DNA of 64,000 nucleotides from Coxiella endosymbiont of Dermacentor nuttalli (GCA_048494595.1 JBGDBH010000001.1:214939-278938); one strand, 5' to 3'; counted from the stretch's first letter, positions 23,454 through 34,115 are shown. The notes: generated by a model from the sequence alone, not told the origin. Numbers and translations: made by a program.

Positions 23454-24173
23454 ATGCGTCTAGGCAAGAGAGCAACAAATGAGTTACGCCACCTTTCTTT
23501 TAATACTCAGTTTACTTCTTACGCTGAGGGTTCTGTTCTAGTTGAAATGGGGGGAACAAAAGTGATCTGCAATGCCAGTATCATCGAAGGTGTTCCACGT
23601 TTTCTTAAAAATAGAGATCAGGGGTGGTTAACTGCTGAATATGGAATGTTACCCCGCTCCACTCATAACCGAATGGAACGCGAGTCTGTACGAGGAAAGC
23701 AAGGGGGGCGAACCATGGAAATCCAGCGATTAATCGGTCGTTCCTTGCGTGCTGCTCTTGATTTAAAGTTATTAAATCCTTATACAATCGTCCTGGACTG
23801 TGATGTCATTCAGGCAGATGGGGGTACTCGAACGGCAGCCATCAATGGCGGGTGTGTCGCTATGATACAAGCGTTAAGGTATTTACAAAGAAAAAGTATT
23901 TTGCAAACAGATCCTCTTAAACATTTAGTCGCAGCTGTTTCCGTTGGAATTTATAAGGGTGTTCCTATTTTAGATCTCGATTATATTGAAGATTCTACTG
24001 TCCGTACGGATATGAATATTGTAATGACTAACCATGATGCTTTTATTGAAATTCAAGGTACTGCAGAAAGATATGCTTTTAATCCAAAAGAATTAGATGC
24101 ATTGATTGACCTTGCACGTCAAGGTATTAAAAATATTATTAAAAAGCAACAAGAAGCTTTAAAGGAAAGCTAG
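23454..24173 (+). CDS. rph: Ribonuclease PH
   Basis: 239 aa with [46 protein letters not shown] and an AAGAGG Shine-Dalgarno. Confidence 0.95.
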   Translation: MRLGKRATNELRHLSFNTQFTSYAEGSVLVEMGGTKVICNASIIEGVPRFLKNRDQGWLTAEYGMLPRSTHNRMERESVRGKQGGRTMEIQRLIGRSLRAALDLKLLNPYTIVLDCDVIQADGGTRTAAINGGCVAMIQALRYLQRKSILQTDPLKHLVAAVSVGIYKGVPILDLDYIEDSTVRTDMNIVMTNHDAFIEIQGTAERYAFNPKELDALIDLARQGIKNIIKKQQEALKES

Positions 24174-24185
24174 GATATTAAAAAT

Positions 24186-25010
24186 ATTGTTTTAGTGGAA
24201 AAAGCATATTGCAATAAATCAACTTCCCATCGGTGTCTTCGATTCAGAGTTAGGCGGACTTACAGTCTTACGAGAACTCGTTAATCATTTGCCTAACGAG
24301 TCGTATAATTTATTTAGGTGATACAGCCCTTATCTTATGGGACTAAGAGTTGCGAAAACAGTCAAACGTTATGCCTTCAGATGACATCCTTTCTTGTAGC
24401 CCAAGGCATTAAATTATTAGTAGTAGCTTGCAATACTACCTCTGCAGTAGCGCTGCCTTTTCGTAAAATGCAATTCCTAAACATTCCTATTATCGGCGTC
24501 GTTGAAGCCAGGAGCTCAAGCGACGGTTAATACTACTAAGAATAATCGAGTAATCTTGCTTGCTACTGAAGCCACTATCCAATCTGGAGTTTACCAAAAA
24601 ACATTTTTACATTAAATTCTAAAATTAAAATTAGAAGCCAAACTTGTGGTTTATTCGTGGCGTTAGCAGAGGAAGGTTGTATTGATAATGAATTGGATCC
24701 TATCATTAATGATCATCACCGATGCGATTCTATTATTTTAGGGTGTACTCATTTTCCAGTTTTTATTGATTCATTAACAATGATTTTAGGGAATGGTATC
24801 AATATTATTGATTCAGCAACAGAAACTGCAATAGCAGTAAAATCGATTACTCAAAAAATGAACTTAGAAAATACAGATCAAAGTTCTGAATTGACTTTTC
24901 TAGTTACTGACTCTCCCAAACGATTTGCACGTATCGGTGAAATTTTCCTTAGGCAACGTATCAACCCTAGTCTCCTATATTTGATCGATGGAATAAAATT
25001 AAGTCATTAA
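24186..25010 (+). pseudogene. murI: Glutamate racemase MurI, multiply frameshifted
   Basis: MurI-like segments lie in different frames: PIGVFDSELGGLTVLRELVNHLPNES / IIYLGDTA / LSYGTKS...FLVAQGIKLLVVACNTTSAVAL...IPIIGVVEA / GAQATVNTTKNNRVILLATEATIQSGVYQK..* / LFVALAEEGCIDNE...ILGCTHFPVF... There are at least 4 frameshifts and several in-frame stops. Only the last 117 codons (24657-25010) remain as one ORF. Confidence 0.9.
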
Positions 25011-25883
25011 TTTTTTAATGAAAAATAAAAATATTAATGCAAGATAATGAATCACTTTAACCGGAAAAAAGTTATCTAAAGCAAAAAGGTATGATCAACG
25101 ATCAATAATTATATATGGTCGGAAATTTCTGCGCTTTATTAATCACTAAATGCATTTCCAGATCCTTATTGATAATATGAAGTATCCATCGATTTTCCTA
25201 CCCTAATATTTTGTTACTTTAAATCACATGCTTCATTTGTCCAGGCACATTCTTCAGAGCAAACAGCCAGGATCTTTCTTTCTGATCATCTCCAAAATTT
25301 TTAATATCAACCTCTATTATGTAAAACATTTTAATCTTCGCAGAAGACGTTTTATGTAACACATATTTTTTAATCATTTCATGTACTATCTTTCATATAC
25401 TATCTTAGGTAAATCAAATGCAATTTTTTCGCCGCCTGCTTGTTTGTAACGGATGATATTTACAATGATACTATGCCTAAAATAAAGAAAGGAATCGAAA
25501 TTTGCTTGAATATAGGATTATTCTTTTTTATTAGGTTGTTCAACCTAGTTGTCTCGATACCTGATTTAATTTCTCGCAACAAAATTCCTAAACCATTGTA
25601 ACTACTTTTTTAGTATTATGACTACGGCAAATTGTATCATTTAAAATGAAATTAATCTCAGTTAATCTCTATAATAACAATACATCTGCTTTTTTCTTAA
25701 AGACAAACTATATTGGTCTTTTAATCTTTGAGCTAATCAAAAAAATCCTTATGGATAGCAGAACTGACAATGTTAATACTTTAAAAGTGATAACGCATAT
25801 ATTTGTCATTTTCTCAATTTAATGTTTTAATTATTGTATTTGTTTTGCTCTTTTTCCTAGTATAAAGAGAAAAAAGATATTTT

Positions 25884-26510
25884 ATGAAATACGCTATAGA
25901 AATAGCAAGAATACTACTTGATATCAAGGCTGTTACTCTAAATCTGAAAGAACCTTATCACTATTCCTCTGGACTATTATCTCCTATCTACTGTGATAAT
26001 CGCCTCATCATTTCTTACCCAGAAAAACGTAAGGTAGTTATTGATTCTCTATTGTACTTAATCGAAGAAAAAAACCTACAATTCGATGTTATAGCAGGAA
26101 CTATGACAGCAGGAATTCCTTATGCAGCTTGGATTTCAGATCGACTAAACTTACCAATGGTGTATATAAGGGACAAAGCAAAAACTTATGGAAAAAAAAA
26201 TCAGATTGAAGGTAAATTGAGATCAGAACAAAGGGTACTAGTGGTTGAAGATCTAATTAGTTTTGGAGAAAGCACCATCTCTGCTAGTTATGCACTTCGC
26301 CAATTTGCCATTGTTAAGGATTGTATTGCTATTTTTTCTTACCAATTGTCTAAAGCGCAGAAAAACTTTGCAAAAGCTAATCTCAATTATTATGTCCTTT
26401 CTAATTTTAAGACACTGATTAAAGTTGCAGTTTCTGAAGGCTATATCACTGAAAAAGAAAGACAAAAAGTGTTAGTTTGGAATAAAGATCCAGAAAATTG
26501 GAACTCTTAA
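25884..26510 (+). CDS. pyrE: Orotate phosphoribosyltransferase
   Basis: 208 aa with SSGLLSPIYCDNR and the PRPP-binding loop VLVVEDLISFGEST. Contains an in-frame A9 tract at 26192-26200. Confidence 0.92.
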   Translation: MKYAIEIARILLDIKAVTLNLKEPYHYSSGLLSPIYCDNRLIISYPEKRKVVIDSLLYLIEEKNLQFDVIAGTMTAGIPYAAWISDRLNLPMVYIRDKAKTYGKKNQIEGKLRSEQRVLVVEDLISFGESTISASYALRQFAIVKDCIAIFSYQLSKAQKNFAKANLNYYVLSNFKTLIKVAVSEGYITEKERQKVLVWNKDPENWNS

Positions 26511-27931
26511 AAAGGCAGCGTTAAGGTGTTATCCACTTTAAGCAATTGTGTTCTAAAAACATCTTGAATGCGCTTTAATTCGGATTCTGTATCTGCCTCA
26601 AAACGTAAAATTAAATATGGTGAGGTATTAGAAGGTCTGATCAATCCCCAACCGCGGTTAAATTCTACCCTTAATCCATCTAAAGTAATTAATTGTATCT
26701 CACTAAAATCTGCTTGTTGCACCAATTTTTTCATAAAAATCGGTTTCTCTTCCTCATTCATAGGTAGTTTTAATTCAGGTGTATTTACACTATTAGGTAA
26801 ACTCGAAAATATTTCACTCGTTGATTTTTTTTGTTGCGAAATAATACGCAATAGCCTTGCACCTACATAAATTCCATCATCAAAACCAAACCATTCATCT
26901 TTAAAAAAGATATGTCCACTCATTTCACCTGCTAAAGGTGCATTTATTTCGAATAACTTAGCTTTTAAAACTGAATGTCCTGTTCGCCACATAACCGGGT
27001 TTCCACCATATTTTTTAATAATTTTGGGTAATTGGCGAGAACATTTAACATCAAAAATAATATCTGAACCAGGTAATCGAGATAGTAAGTCCATTGAAAA
27101 AAGCATCATTTGTCGGTCGGGCCAAATAATTTCACCATTATTCGTTACGATTCCCAAACGATCAGCATCACCATCAAAAGCTAAACCTATATCCGCTGAA
27201 GTTCTTTTTACTGTATCGATTAAATCAATTAAATTTTCTGGGATCGTAGGATCCGGGTGGTGGTTAGGAAATCGACCATCCACTTCGCAAAAGAGTTCAA
27301 CTACTTCACAACCTAATTTTCGATATAAATCAGGAGCAATTTTTCCAGCTACTCCATTACCGCAATCAACTACTATTTTTAAACGACGCTCTAATTGGAT
27401 CCTTTTTAAAATAAGATCTTCATAATCCTGAATAATATTGATATTAACCTGCTTACCTCTACCTTTTGAAAAACGGCATTCTTGAATCTTAATACGTAGA
27501 GCAGAAATTCCCTGTGTCGTTAGCGTTTTCCCATCTAATACAATCTTAAAACCATTATGATGTCCTGGATTATGACTAGCAGTAACCATTACACCTGAAT
27601 TTGTTTCTAGCCAATTAGTAGCAAAATATACAAGAGGTGTAGGTACGATTCCGATATTTAGAACAGTAAGACCAACTCCACAAAGTCCCCGCACCAAAGC
27701 TGCCGTTAACTCAGGACCCGATAATCGTCCATCACGGCCTACAACAATAGCTTTTTGTCCTTGCTCTCGCACTTTACTACCGATAGCTAAACCAATGGCA
27801 TAAGCAAGATTGGCACTAAGACCTCCTACACTCACTGGACCTCGAATATCATAAGCACGAAAAACATCTGTTGGGATGGATCCAAACAGATTAACTTCCG
27901 AATTAATGTTGACCGGAGCTTCCAAACCCAC
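26507..27931 (-). CDS. algC: Phosphomannomutase/phosphoglucomutase (AlgC type)
   Basis: 474 aa, collinear with P. aeruginosa AlgC: [21 protein letters not shown] (phosphoserine loop), FDGDADR, GEMSGH and ...[13 protein letters not shown]. The exact start is uncertain (non-ATG). Confidence 0.9.
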   Translation of the reverse strand: MGLEAPVNINSEVNLFGSIPTDVFRAYDIRGPVSVGGLSANLAYAIGLAIGSKVREQGQKAIVVGRDGRLSGPELTAALVRGLCGVGLTVLNIGIVPTPLVYFATNWLETNSGVMVTASHNPGHHNGFKIVLDGKTLTTQGISALRIKIQECRFSKGRGKQVNINIIQDYEDLILKRIQLERRLKIVVDCGNGVAGKIAPDLYRKLGCEVVELFCEVDGRFPNHHPDPTIPENLIDLIDTVKRTSADIGLAFDGDADRLGIVTNNGEIIWPDRQMMLFSMDLLSRLPGSDIIFDVKCSRQLPKIIKKYGGNPVMWRTGHSVLKAKLFEINAPLAGEMSGHIFFKDEWFGFDDGIYVGARLLRIISQQKKSTSEIFSSLPNSVNTPELKLPMNEEEKPIFMKKLVQQADFSEIQLITLDGLRVEFNRGWGLIRPSNTSPYLILRFEADTESELKRIQDVFRTQLLKVDNTLTLPF

Positions 27932-28361
27932 TTACACCTCGTTTACTGTTCTCAAACTCCTCAACTATTTTAAATTGCGCTTTTAGAATAGGAATAATGA
28001 CTAATTGCGCAATGCGTTCTCCCGGTCGGATGGTGTAAGCAAATTTACCACGATTCCAGCAAGATATCATTAGTGGCCCTTGATAATCAGAATCAATTAA
28101 ACCAACAAGATTACCTAACACAATTCCATGTTTGTGTCCTAATCCTGAACGGGGCAATATAGTGGCTGCAACATTGGGATTACGAAGATGAATTGCTAAT
28201 CCAGTGCTGATCAGGCAAGTTTCACCTGGATGAATTTCAAACGGTTCATTAATACAAGCTCGTAAATCAAGACCTGCTGAACCTGTTGTTGCATAGGTCG
28301 GTAATGATACTTGCTCTCCCAAACGTTTATCCAAAATTTTTAGTTGAATCAAATATGACAT
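27903..28361 (-). CDS. dut: dUTP diphosphatase
   Basis: 152 aa with [36 protein letters not shown] and [10 protein letters not shown]. Confidence 0.95.
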   Translation of the reverse strand: MSYLIQLKILDKRLGEQVSLPTYATTGSAGLDLRACINEPFEIHPGETCLISTGLAIHLRNPNVAATILPRSGLGHKHGIVLGNLVGLIDSDYQGPLMISCWNRGKFAYTIRPGERIAQLVIIPILKAQFKIVEEFENSKRGVSGFGSSGQH

Positions 28362-28871
28362 GACTTCTTTGTGAAAAGATAAAATGTACCGTTTATTTCT
28401 AAACTAGACAAGTCATTCAAACGTTCTATCTCAATATCGTGTCTTCTTTTTCTCTAAAGTACACTCTTGTCTATGTTAATTGTTAAATGATCTACTGCAC
28501 GAAATAACCAGGAGAAAAAGCTCCTTCAGTGAGAGGTGTTGAAATCATATCATCCTAGATGCTAAATTAATTAGTGTAACCATCTAAAAAAGAGTATGCT
28601 TGGTTACAATGCCATCAAGTTGGCATAAAGGCTTGTCTTGATAGTAATTTTAAGCACCTTGCTGACCTAAAAAAGTATAAGGAAAATAAAGTTCATCTGC
28701 TAGTAATTAAAAAAAATCAGAAATATAACATCGTCATTTCGACGATTGAGTCATTTACAAGACTTATTAACAAGAAAGGAAATTTCTATGGTTACTGTTT
28801 ATTTCTGTTTGTACTAGTTTAAAATTTAATATAGGATCAGTATTGTTGTTGATATTTCGGAGAACACTTTC

Positions 28872-29111
28872 ATGACAAGAGTATGCCAAGTAACTAGTAA
28901 GCGACCTCAAACCGGAAATAATGTTTCTCATGCAAATAATAAAACAAGACGTCGTTTTTTACCTAATTTGAAAAAACATCGATTCTGGTCGCTAGAAAAA
29001 AAACGTTTTATAACTTTGAAGGTGTCTATGCACGGCATACGAATTATCGATAAGTTAGGTATTAAAACAGTTCTCAAAAAAATTCGTGAACGTAAAAAAA
29101 TAAGTAAATAG
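28872..29111 (+). CDS. rpmB: 50S ribosomal protein L28
   Basis: 79 aa with [33 protein letters not shown], a canonical L28 N-terminus. Confidence 0.95.
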   Translation: MTRVCQVTSKRPQTGNNVSHANNKTRRRFLPNLKKHRFWSLEKKRFITLKVSMHGIRIIDKLGIKTVLKKIRERKKISK

Positions 29112-29121
29112 GGATTGCTCT

Positions 29122-29334
29122 ATGGCTACTAGTTCTCGTGAAAAAATAATGCTTCGGTCCACTGGCAAAACTAAAGCTGGCAAACCAACTGGTACCTGTT
29201 ATACAACTACAAAAAATAAACGAAATACCGAAGGAAAATTAGGAATCAAAAAATTTGATCCTCGAGCTTGGAATTATGAAACGGGAAATTATGGTATGCA
29301 TGTGCTCTTCAAAGAAGAGAAAATATCAAAATGA
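29122..29334 (+). CDS. rpmG: 50S ribosomal protein L33 (expanded, 70 aa)
   Basis: REKI.L.ST...[17 protein letters not shown]...HVLFKEEKI core directly after rpmB. Carries two internal insertions relative to the roughly 55-aa gammaproteobacterial form. Confidence 0.85.
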   Translation: MATSSREKIMLRSTGKTKAGKPTGTCYTTTKNKRNTEGKLGIKKFDPRAWNYETGNYGMHVLFKEEKISK

Positions 29335-29343
29335 GTTTTATTC

Positions 29344-29365
29344 AATCCCTTAGTTAAAGGGGATT
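29344..29365. terminator. Candidate bidirectional terminator hairpin between convergent rpmG and the ferredoxin gene
   Basis: AATCCCTT-AGTT-AAAGGGGATT imperfect hairpin, 10 nt after the rpmG stop and 15 nt after the ferredoxin stop. No strong U-tract. Confidence 0.35.
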
Positions 29366-29379
29366 ACACTTCAACATAT

Positions 29380-29628
29380 CTATTGTTTCTGTTCTTGTAA
29401 TTTCTGGTACTTTTCCATTAAGACTTTTTGAGATTCCGTTATTCCTACGGGAATACAGTCGACAGGACACACCTGGCGACATTGAGGTTCACTGAAATGC
29501 CCGACACACTCTGTACATCGATTAGGATCAATTTCATAAATTAATTCACCTATAGAGATAGCATCATTTGGGCATTCAGGCTCGCAGACATCACAATTAA
29601 TACACTCTTCTGTAATCTTCAATGCCAT
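29380..29628 (-). CDS. yfhL: YfhL-type 4Fe-4S ferredoxin
   Basis: MALKITEECINCDVCEPECPNDAISIGELIYEIDPNRCTECVGHFSEPQCRQVCPVDC, collinear with E. coli YfhL. Start set at internal ATG 29628, while the track ORF extends to 29661 into coaD. Confidence 0.88.
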   Translation of the reverse strand: MALKITEECINCDVCEPECPNDAISIGELIYEIDPNRCTECVGHFSEPQCRQVCPVDCIPVGITESQKVLMEKYQKLQEQKQ

Positions 29629-29633
29629 TTTCA

Positions 29634-30116
29634 CTATATCTTCTTTTTTTTTGCTAGCCATTGAGCAACAAATGGGGGTACAAAAGGAGATATATCACCA
29701 CCTAATTCAACAACTTCCCTTACCAATGTTCCAGAAATATAACTATAACTTTCTCTAGCAGGTAAAAAAATGGTTTCGATGTCTGGTGATAAACACTGGC
29801 TTATGTGTGCCAACTGAAACTCGTAATTGAAGTCAGAAACAGCGCGAAGACCACGCAGTATGGTCTTCACATTACGTCGCTTTGCAAAATCAACCAACAA
29901 CCCTTCGAGAGAGACTACCTCTATATTAACTGCATCGGTAAACACTTCTTTAATTAAATACATTCGTTCATTTAAAGACAAATAGGGAGCTTTACGACTA
30001 GTCAGAGCGCAAGCTACAATAATTTTTTCAAATAAAAACGAAGCGCGCTCAACAATGTCGATATGGCCCTTAGTTAATGGATCAAATGTACCTGGATAAA
30101 CGGCTATTGGTTTCAT
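29634..30116 (-). CDS. coaD: Phosphopantetheine adenylyltransferase
   Basis: 160 aa with [31 protein letters not shown]-like [12 protein letters not shown] and ISGTLVRE. Confidence 0.95.
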   Translation of the reverse strand: MKPIAVYPGTFDPLTKGHIDIVERASFLFEKIIVACALTSRKAPYLSLNERMYLIKEVFTDAVNIEVVSLEGLLVDFAKRRNVKTILRGLRAVSDFNYEFQLAHISQCLSPDIETIFLPARESYSYISGTLVREVVELGGDISPFVPPFVAQWLAKKKKI

Positions 30117-30282
30117 TAAACCTGATTTATTTTTGGATGATACATCTTTTCTTTCTTTTCATAACATAACTTAAGAATAGCTATTGCAACCTCAATACGT
30201 ATTACATATCTATACATTTTTTTGAAGAAGTTTTCAAACTTTCTTAAGTGTTCTCAGGCATTTTTAATTAACACTGAGAGTA

Positions 30283-30801
30283 TTATTTGAAATCTTCTAT
30301 AAAATTTATAGAAATACGGTCTATTAATTTCTTAATTCCTTTTTTAGGACATAGTGCCTTCAAAGCTAAGACAGAGTCGCCTGTCGGTAAAATCAAGTTA
30401 GGTGCAATTTCAAATAGGGGATAAAGAACAAATTCTCGGACTTTAAGATGAGGATGTGGAATGGAAAGTGTCTCGGTTTGAATCACACTCTTACCATACA
30501 GCAAAATATCAAGATCTAGAGTACGAGCTCTCCATCGTGTTCCGGAACGCTTACGCCCTTGATTTTCTTCCAAAGCCTGAAGCGATTTTAAAAGCGCTGT
30601 AGGGGATAGTCTTGTTTCTAGAGCCACAACAGCATTTATATAATTCGGTTGATCCTGAGGGCCTATAGGTCGACTTTGATAAAAACTAGAGTGATTTAAA
30701 ATCATTGTTTTTGGTAATATTTCCAAATTAACGATTGCTGTTTTTACTTGTTTGATTGGGTAATTGAGATTGGAACCTATACCAATGTAGACTACTACCA
30801 T
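30283..30801 (-). CDS. folK: 2-amino-4-hydroxy-6-hydroxymethyldihydropteridine pyrophosphokinase
   Basis: 172 aa with IGIGSNL, FYQSRPIGPQDQPNYINAVV, RTLDLDILLYG and IPHPHLKVREFVLYPL. Downstream of pcnB as in many gammaproteobacteria. Confidence 0.93.
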   Translation of the reverse strand: MVVVYIGIGSNLNYPIKQVKTAIVNLEILPKTMILNHSSFYQSRPIGPQDQPNYINAVVALETRLSPTALLKSLQALEENQGRKRSGTRWRARTLDLDILLYGKSVIQTETLSIPHPHLKVREFVLYPLFEIAPNLILPTGDSVLALKALCPKKGIKKLIDRISINFIEDFK

Positions 30802-30804
30802 GCT

Positions 30805-32076
30805 TCACCCTTTTAATTTATCAATCAACTGATCACGCTGTTTAGTATTACCATCTCGAAAAATACGCCACCAACAAACAATTTCAGTTAAAGGCTCACC
30901 TGCACGCTCTCGCAATTCTAAAAAATCAAACGCTGCCCGAAAAAAACGCTGTTTGGAAATCCGATAAATACGATTACTGCGTCGTCGTTCTAAATGATAT
31001 TGTAGTAACCAAACAGAACGTATCATCGTCGTCAAACGATGTGGAATGGTTAATGTTTGTATCTGTAAATAAAGAGTATGATTCACTCCATAATAGAGTG
31101 AATGGAACAATCGTTTGTGCTTTTTAAAATGCTGCTCCATTAATTCTTGAACCACAGGCCATAAAAAAATAGCAAATAGAAATCCTGGGTTTAGTGTTTG
31201 ATTTTTATAATAACGTTCATCTGTCGCTTTTAAGGCAAGTTCAATCAAATTTCGGTAATATACATTCTGATTTTTTTCTATAAAAGCAATTACTTCCGGA
31301 AATAATGCTTTCATATAATTGGTGCGCATTAACAATTGATAAGACCGATGTGCATAGCCTTTGAAAAAAATTTTTAATAGTTCTGTGAACAAACGAGCTC
31401 CAGGTACATGGTGCAGTAAGTTATGTAATCGGAGAAGAGGTTCTTCTGTATCCGGATGAATTTTAAAATTAAGCTTTGCTGCTAATCGCACAGCTCTCAA
31501 CAATCGCACAGGATCTTCATGATATCGTTGAGTAGGATCACCTATCATGCGAATTAAACCTTTTCGTAAATCTTTCATCCCATTTGCAAAGTCTACTACC
31601 GAAAAATTGGTGATGTTGTAATAGAGTGCATTTATTGTAAAGTCCCGCCGCCAAGCGTCTTCTTCTATGGTTCCATAAGTATTATCATTCGCCAACACAA
31701 ACAGTTTTACTGCTTTGCTTTCTTTCATTTTATCTAATGATTCTTCCTTGAAATATTTTTCTGCATTAGCACGAAAAGTGGATACCTCAATAATTTCATT
31801 ATAAAAGAAAACGTGTACTAAACGAAATCGTCTTCCAACAAGACGACTGTTTCTGAAGAGTTTCTGAATTTCAAGAGGATGAGCATTGGTGACAATATCA
31901 AAATCTTTAGGATGAAGTCCTAATAACATATCTCTTACACCTCCGCCAACTAAAAAAGCTTCATATCCAGCTTTACTTAATCGATAAAGTACTTTCAGAG
32001 CATTAGGACTAATATCATCATGTGAAATAGAATGATTCCTATGTTTAATGATGTACGGTCGATCTTTTTTTTTCAT
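30805..32076 (-). CDS. pcnB: Poly(A) polymerase I
   Basis: LVGGGVRDMLLG..KDFDIVT, RRDFTINALYY and PVRLLRAVRLAAKL. Start set at ATG 32076 (MKKKDRP, A9 tract), while the track ORF starts at TTG 32094. Confidence 0.92.
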   Translation of the reverse strand: MKKKDRPYIIKHRNHSISHDDISPNALKVLYRLSKAGYEAFLVGGGVRDMLLGLHPKDFDIVTNAHPLEIQKLFRNSRLVGRRFRLVHVFFYNEIIEVSTFRANAEKYFKEESLDKMKESKAVKLFVLANDNTYGTIEEDAWRRDFTINALYYNITNFSVVDFANGMKDLRKGLIRMIGDPTQRYHEDPVRLLRAVRLAAKLNFKIHPDTEEPLLRLHNLLHHVPGARLFTELLKIFFKGYAHRSYQLLMRTNYMKALFPEVIAFIEKNQNVYYRNLIELALKATDERYYKNQTLNPGFLFAIFLWPVVQELMEQHFKKHKRLFHSLYYGVNHTLYLQIQTLTIPHRLTTMIRSVWLLQYHLERRRSNRIYRISKQRFFRAAFDFLELRERAGEPLTEIVCWWRIFRDGNTKQRDQLIDKLKG

Positions 32077-32189
32077 TACGAAATAAACGCCCAATACCTC
32101 TCCAATGCGTTGGTTTAAACATGAATCCCTACCATTGATTACATTCTCTATTAGAGACTATAATGGAAAAATTCATTTTATGTTACCCA

Positions 32190-32263
32190 GCTCCCTTCGT
32201 CTAGGGGCTTCAGGACGCCGCCCTCTCATGGCGGTAACACGGGTTCGAATCCCGTAGGGAGCG
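32190..32263 (+). tRNA. tRNA-Glu, anticodon CUC
   Basis: Hand-folded cloverleaf. Acceptor stem GCTCCCT/AGGGAGC (7 Watson-Crick pairs), D arm GTCT..GGAC, anticodon stem CCGCC/GGCGG with loop C-T-CTC-A-T, variable loop TAAC, T arm ACGGG-TTCGAAT-CCCGT, discriminator G. No encoded CCA. Near-identical architecture to E. coli tRNA-Glu except at position 34. Confidence 0.85.
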
Positions 32264-33518
32264 TAGGTCTAATCAATGAGTGACATATTAATGAGACATA
32301 TTTTTGCAGGATTTTTAAATTTCTATAAATTTTTGAGTAAACTACGCTAGTTGCCTGCTATTTCTTATTTTAAACAATTTTATACTACTGATATTCATTT
32401 TATTGGCAATGAATTGAGATGTCTTGATTAAGACTTTATAGATATCAAAACCGCTTTCATTTCAAATTTCAAAATAACGTATTATTAAGTCTGGTTTTCC
32501 TTTTTTAGATAGACTATATCTGTCGATTTACAGATTGTGAATATCTAAGATCTGCTCTTTCCATGCTATTTATCCTGCTAAAATTGATGAAAAATTTTAT
32601 CATTAACTTATTTTTGCTATTTGATTGATGAGTGCTATTATGTATTCTTACAGCTTCTAACCTGATTTTTCATAACTCATTGAAAAGAAATATAGCAAAA
32701 ATAAAAGATTGGTTATTAATCAAGATGACGCTTAAATGCAGTTTATAAAGAGGTTGTTTTTATACATGGGGTGAGCTCTCTAGTTTAGAATATTTAAAAT
32801 TAGAATTGAATCTGCATAGAGATATGAAACAGTTATTAATGTGTTTCAGAATTTAAAAAAGTAAAACGACACAAATAAGTGTGCTTAGTATTAAAAAAAA
32901 GGACCACAGAAGAATGAAATTTTAAACGTGTTATTCAATTCAAACTTTAGGATGTTACTTTACTCCCCAGCAGAGCTCTCAACTCTTGCGAGATCTAAAT
33001 TAGTAAAAAAGTGTACTTTCACATTACCGCCAACAATCTTCTTAGATTTATAGAAAAGTCTGGAAATTTACTGCGGCTGTAAATTTTCTTTTCTTCCTAA
33101 TGAAGGAATAGATTATCTAATTTCTTAAAAATTAGATCTATATTAGTGATAGAAACCAAAAAGAATTATTCATTTGTTTTTAATACAAATTTCAAACATC
33201 AGCACTGCAAATTATAGCCTTTACACCTTATTTTTTAATGCTTACGCTTATTACATTGATACTTTTGTTTAAGGGCATACCTTCAATGTATGATTTACAT
33301 TCGTAGGCCCCTTACTTTGTAGATTCAAGAAGGAACTGAAGTTAGTGGCTTAAATAACTAATTAATTATTCACTAGTTATTTCGCGATATTGTAGTAAAA
33401 TCAGTCCATCTATCGGGATATTGGCTTTATTTAGATTATTCACCTGCTATTTAAATAAACATCAGGTTTCTTTAGCCATACTCTATTTACCACTCACTTC
33501 AAGAATTCTTGGAGAGAA

Positions 33519-34115
33519 TTACATTAATAGAGAATGGTGTAGATATTGCGTAATTCCGAATAAAAACATTTGTACAGCGACAGTTGTTAATATCATTCCC
33601 ATCAGCCGTTCGATTGCTATTACCCATCGATTTCCAAAAATTTTTATTAAAAAAGGTACAAATAACATGATGATAGTAAAAATTGTAGAGGCAATAAGTA
33701 CACCTAAAAACACCAACCAAAGATGATGAGGAGCTTGAGTTGCAAACAATAATACCATTGCCATTGCGGACGGTCCAGCTGTCAATGGCACAGCGAGAGG
33801 AACAATTAATGGCTCTTCAAAGCTTTCTTTAGCTATTTTTTGTTCCGATGGAAAAATCATTCGAAGAGCAATAATAAAAAGAATAATACTTCCAGCTATA
33901 ACTAGGGAGGGAGTAGTAATATGTAATCCATGCAAGATATAACGTCCGAGGAAAACAAACAATGCTAAAATGAGAAAAGCGATTATGGATTCACGTAGGA
34001 TAATTCGTATTTGAGTTCGCGTATTATAGTTCTTTAAGATAGCTAAAAATAAAGGAATATTTCCCAGTGGGTCCATTACTAAGATTAATGTTATTGAAAT
34101 CGTATAAAGAGTCAT
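33519..34115 (-). CDS. marC: MarC-family (UPF0056) integral membrane protein
   Basis: 198 aa with about 6 predicted TM segments and an N-terminal ...LILVMDPLGNIPLFL motif typical of the MarC family. Confidence 0.8.
   Translation of the reverse strand: MTLYTISITLILVMDPLGNIPLFLAILKNYNTRTQIRIILRESIIAFLILALFVFLGRYILHGLHITTPSLVIAGSIILFIIALRMIFPSEQKIAKESFEEPLIVPLAVPLTAGPSAMAMVLLFATQAPHHLWLVFLGVLIASTIFTIIMLFVPFLIKIFGNRWVIAIERLMGMILTTVAVQMFLFGITQYLHHSLLM

Noticed and set aside
27024-27425. 133-aa plus-strand ORF
   Set aside because: Antisense to the well-supported algC phosphomannomutase gene. Composition is Ser/Ile-rich with no motifs, so it is a shadow ORF. The same applies to 26568-26870 and 26253-26465.
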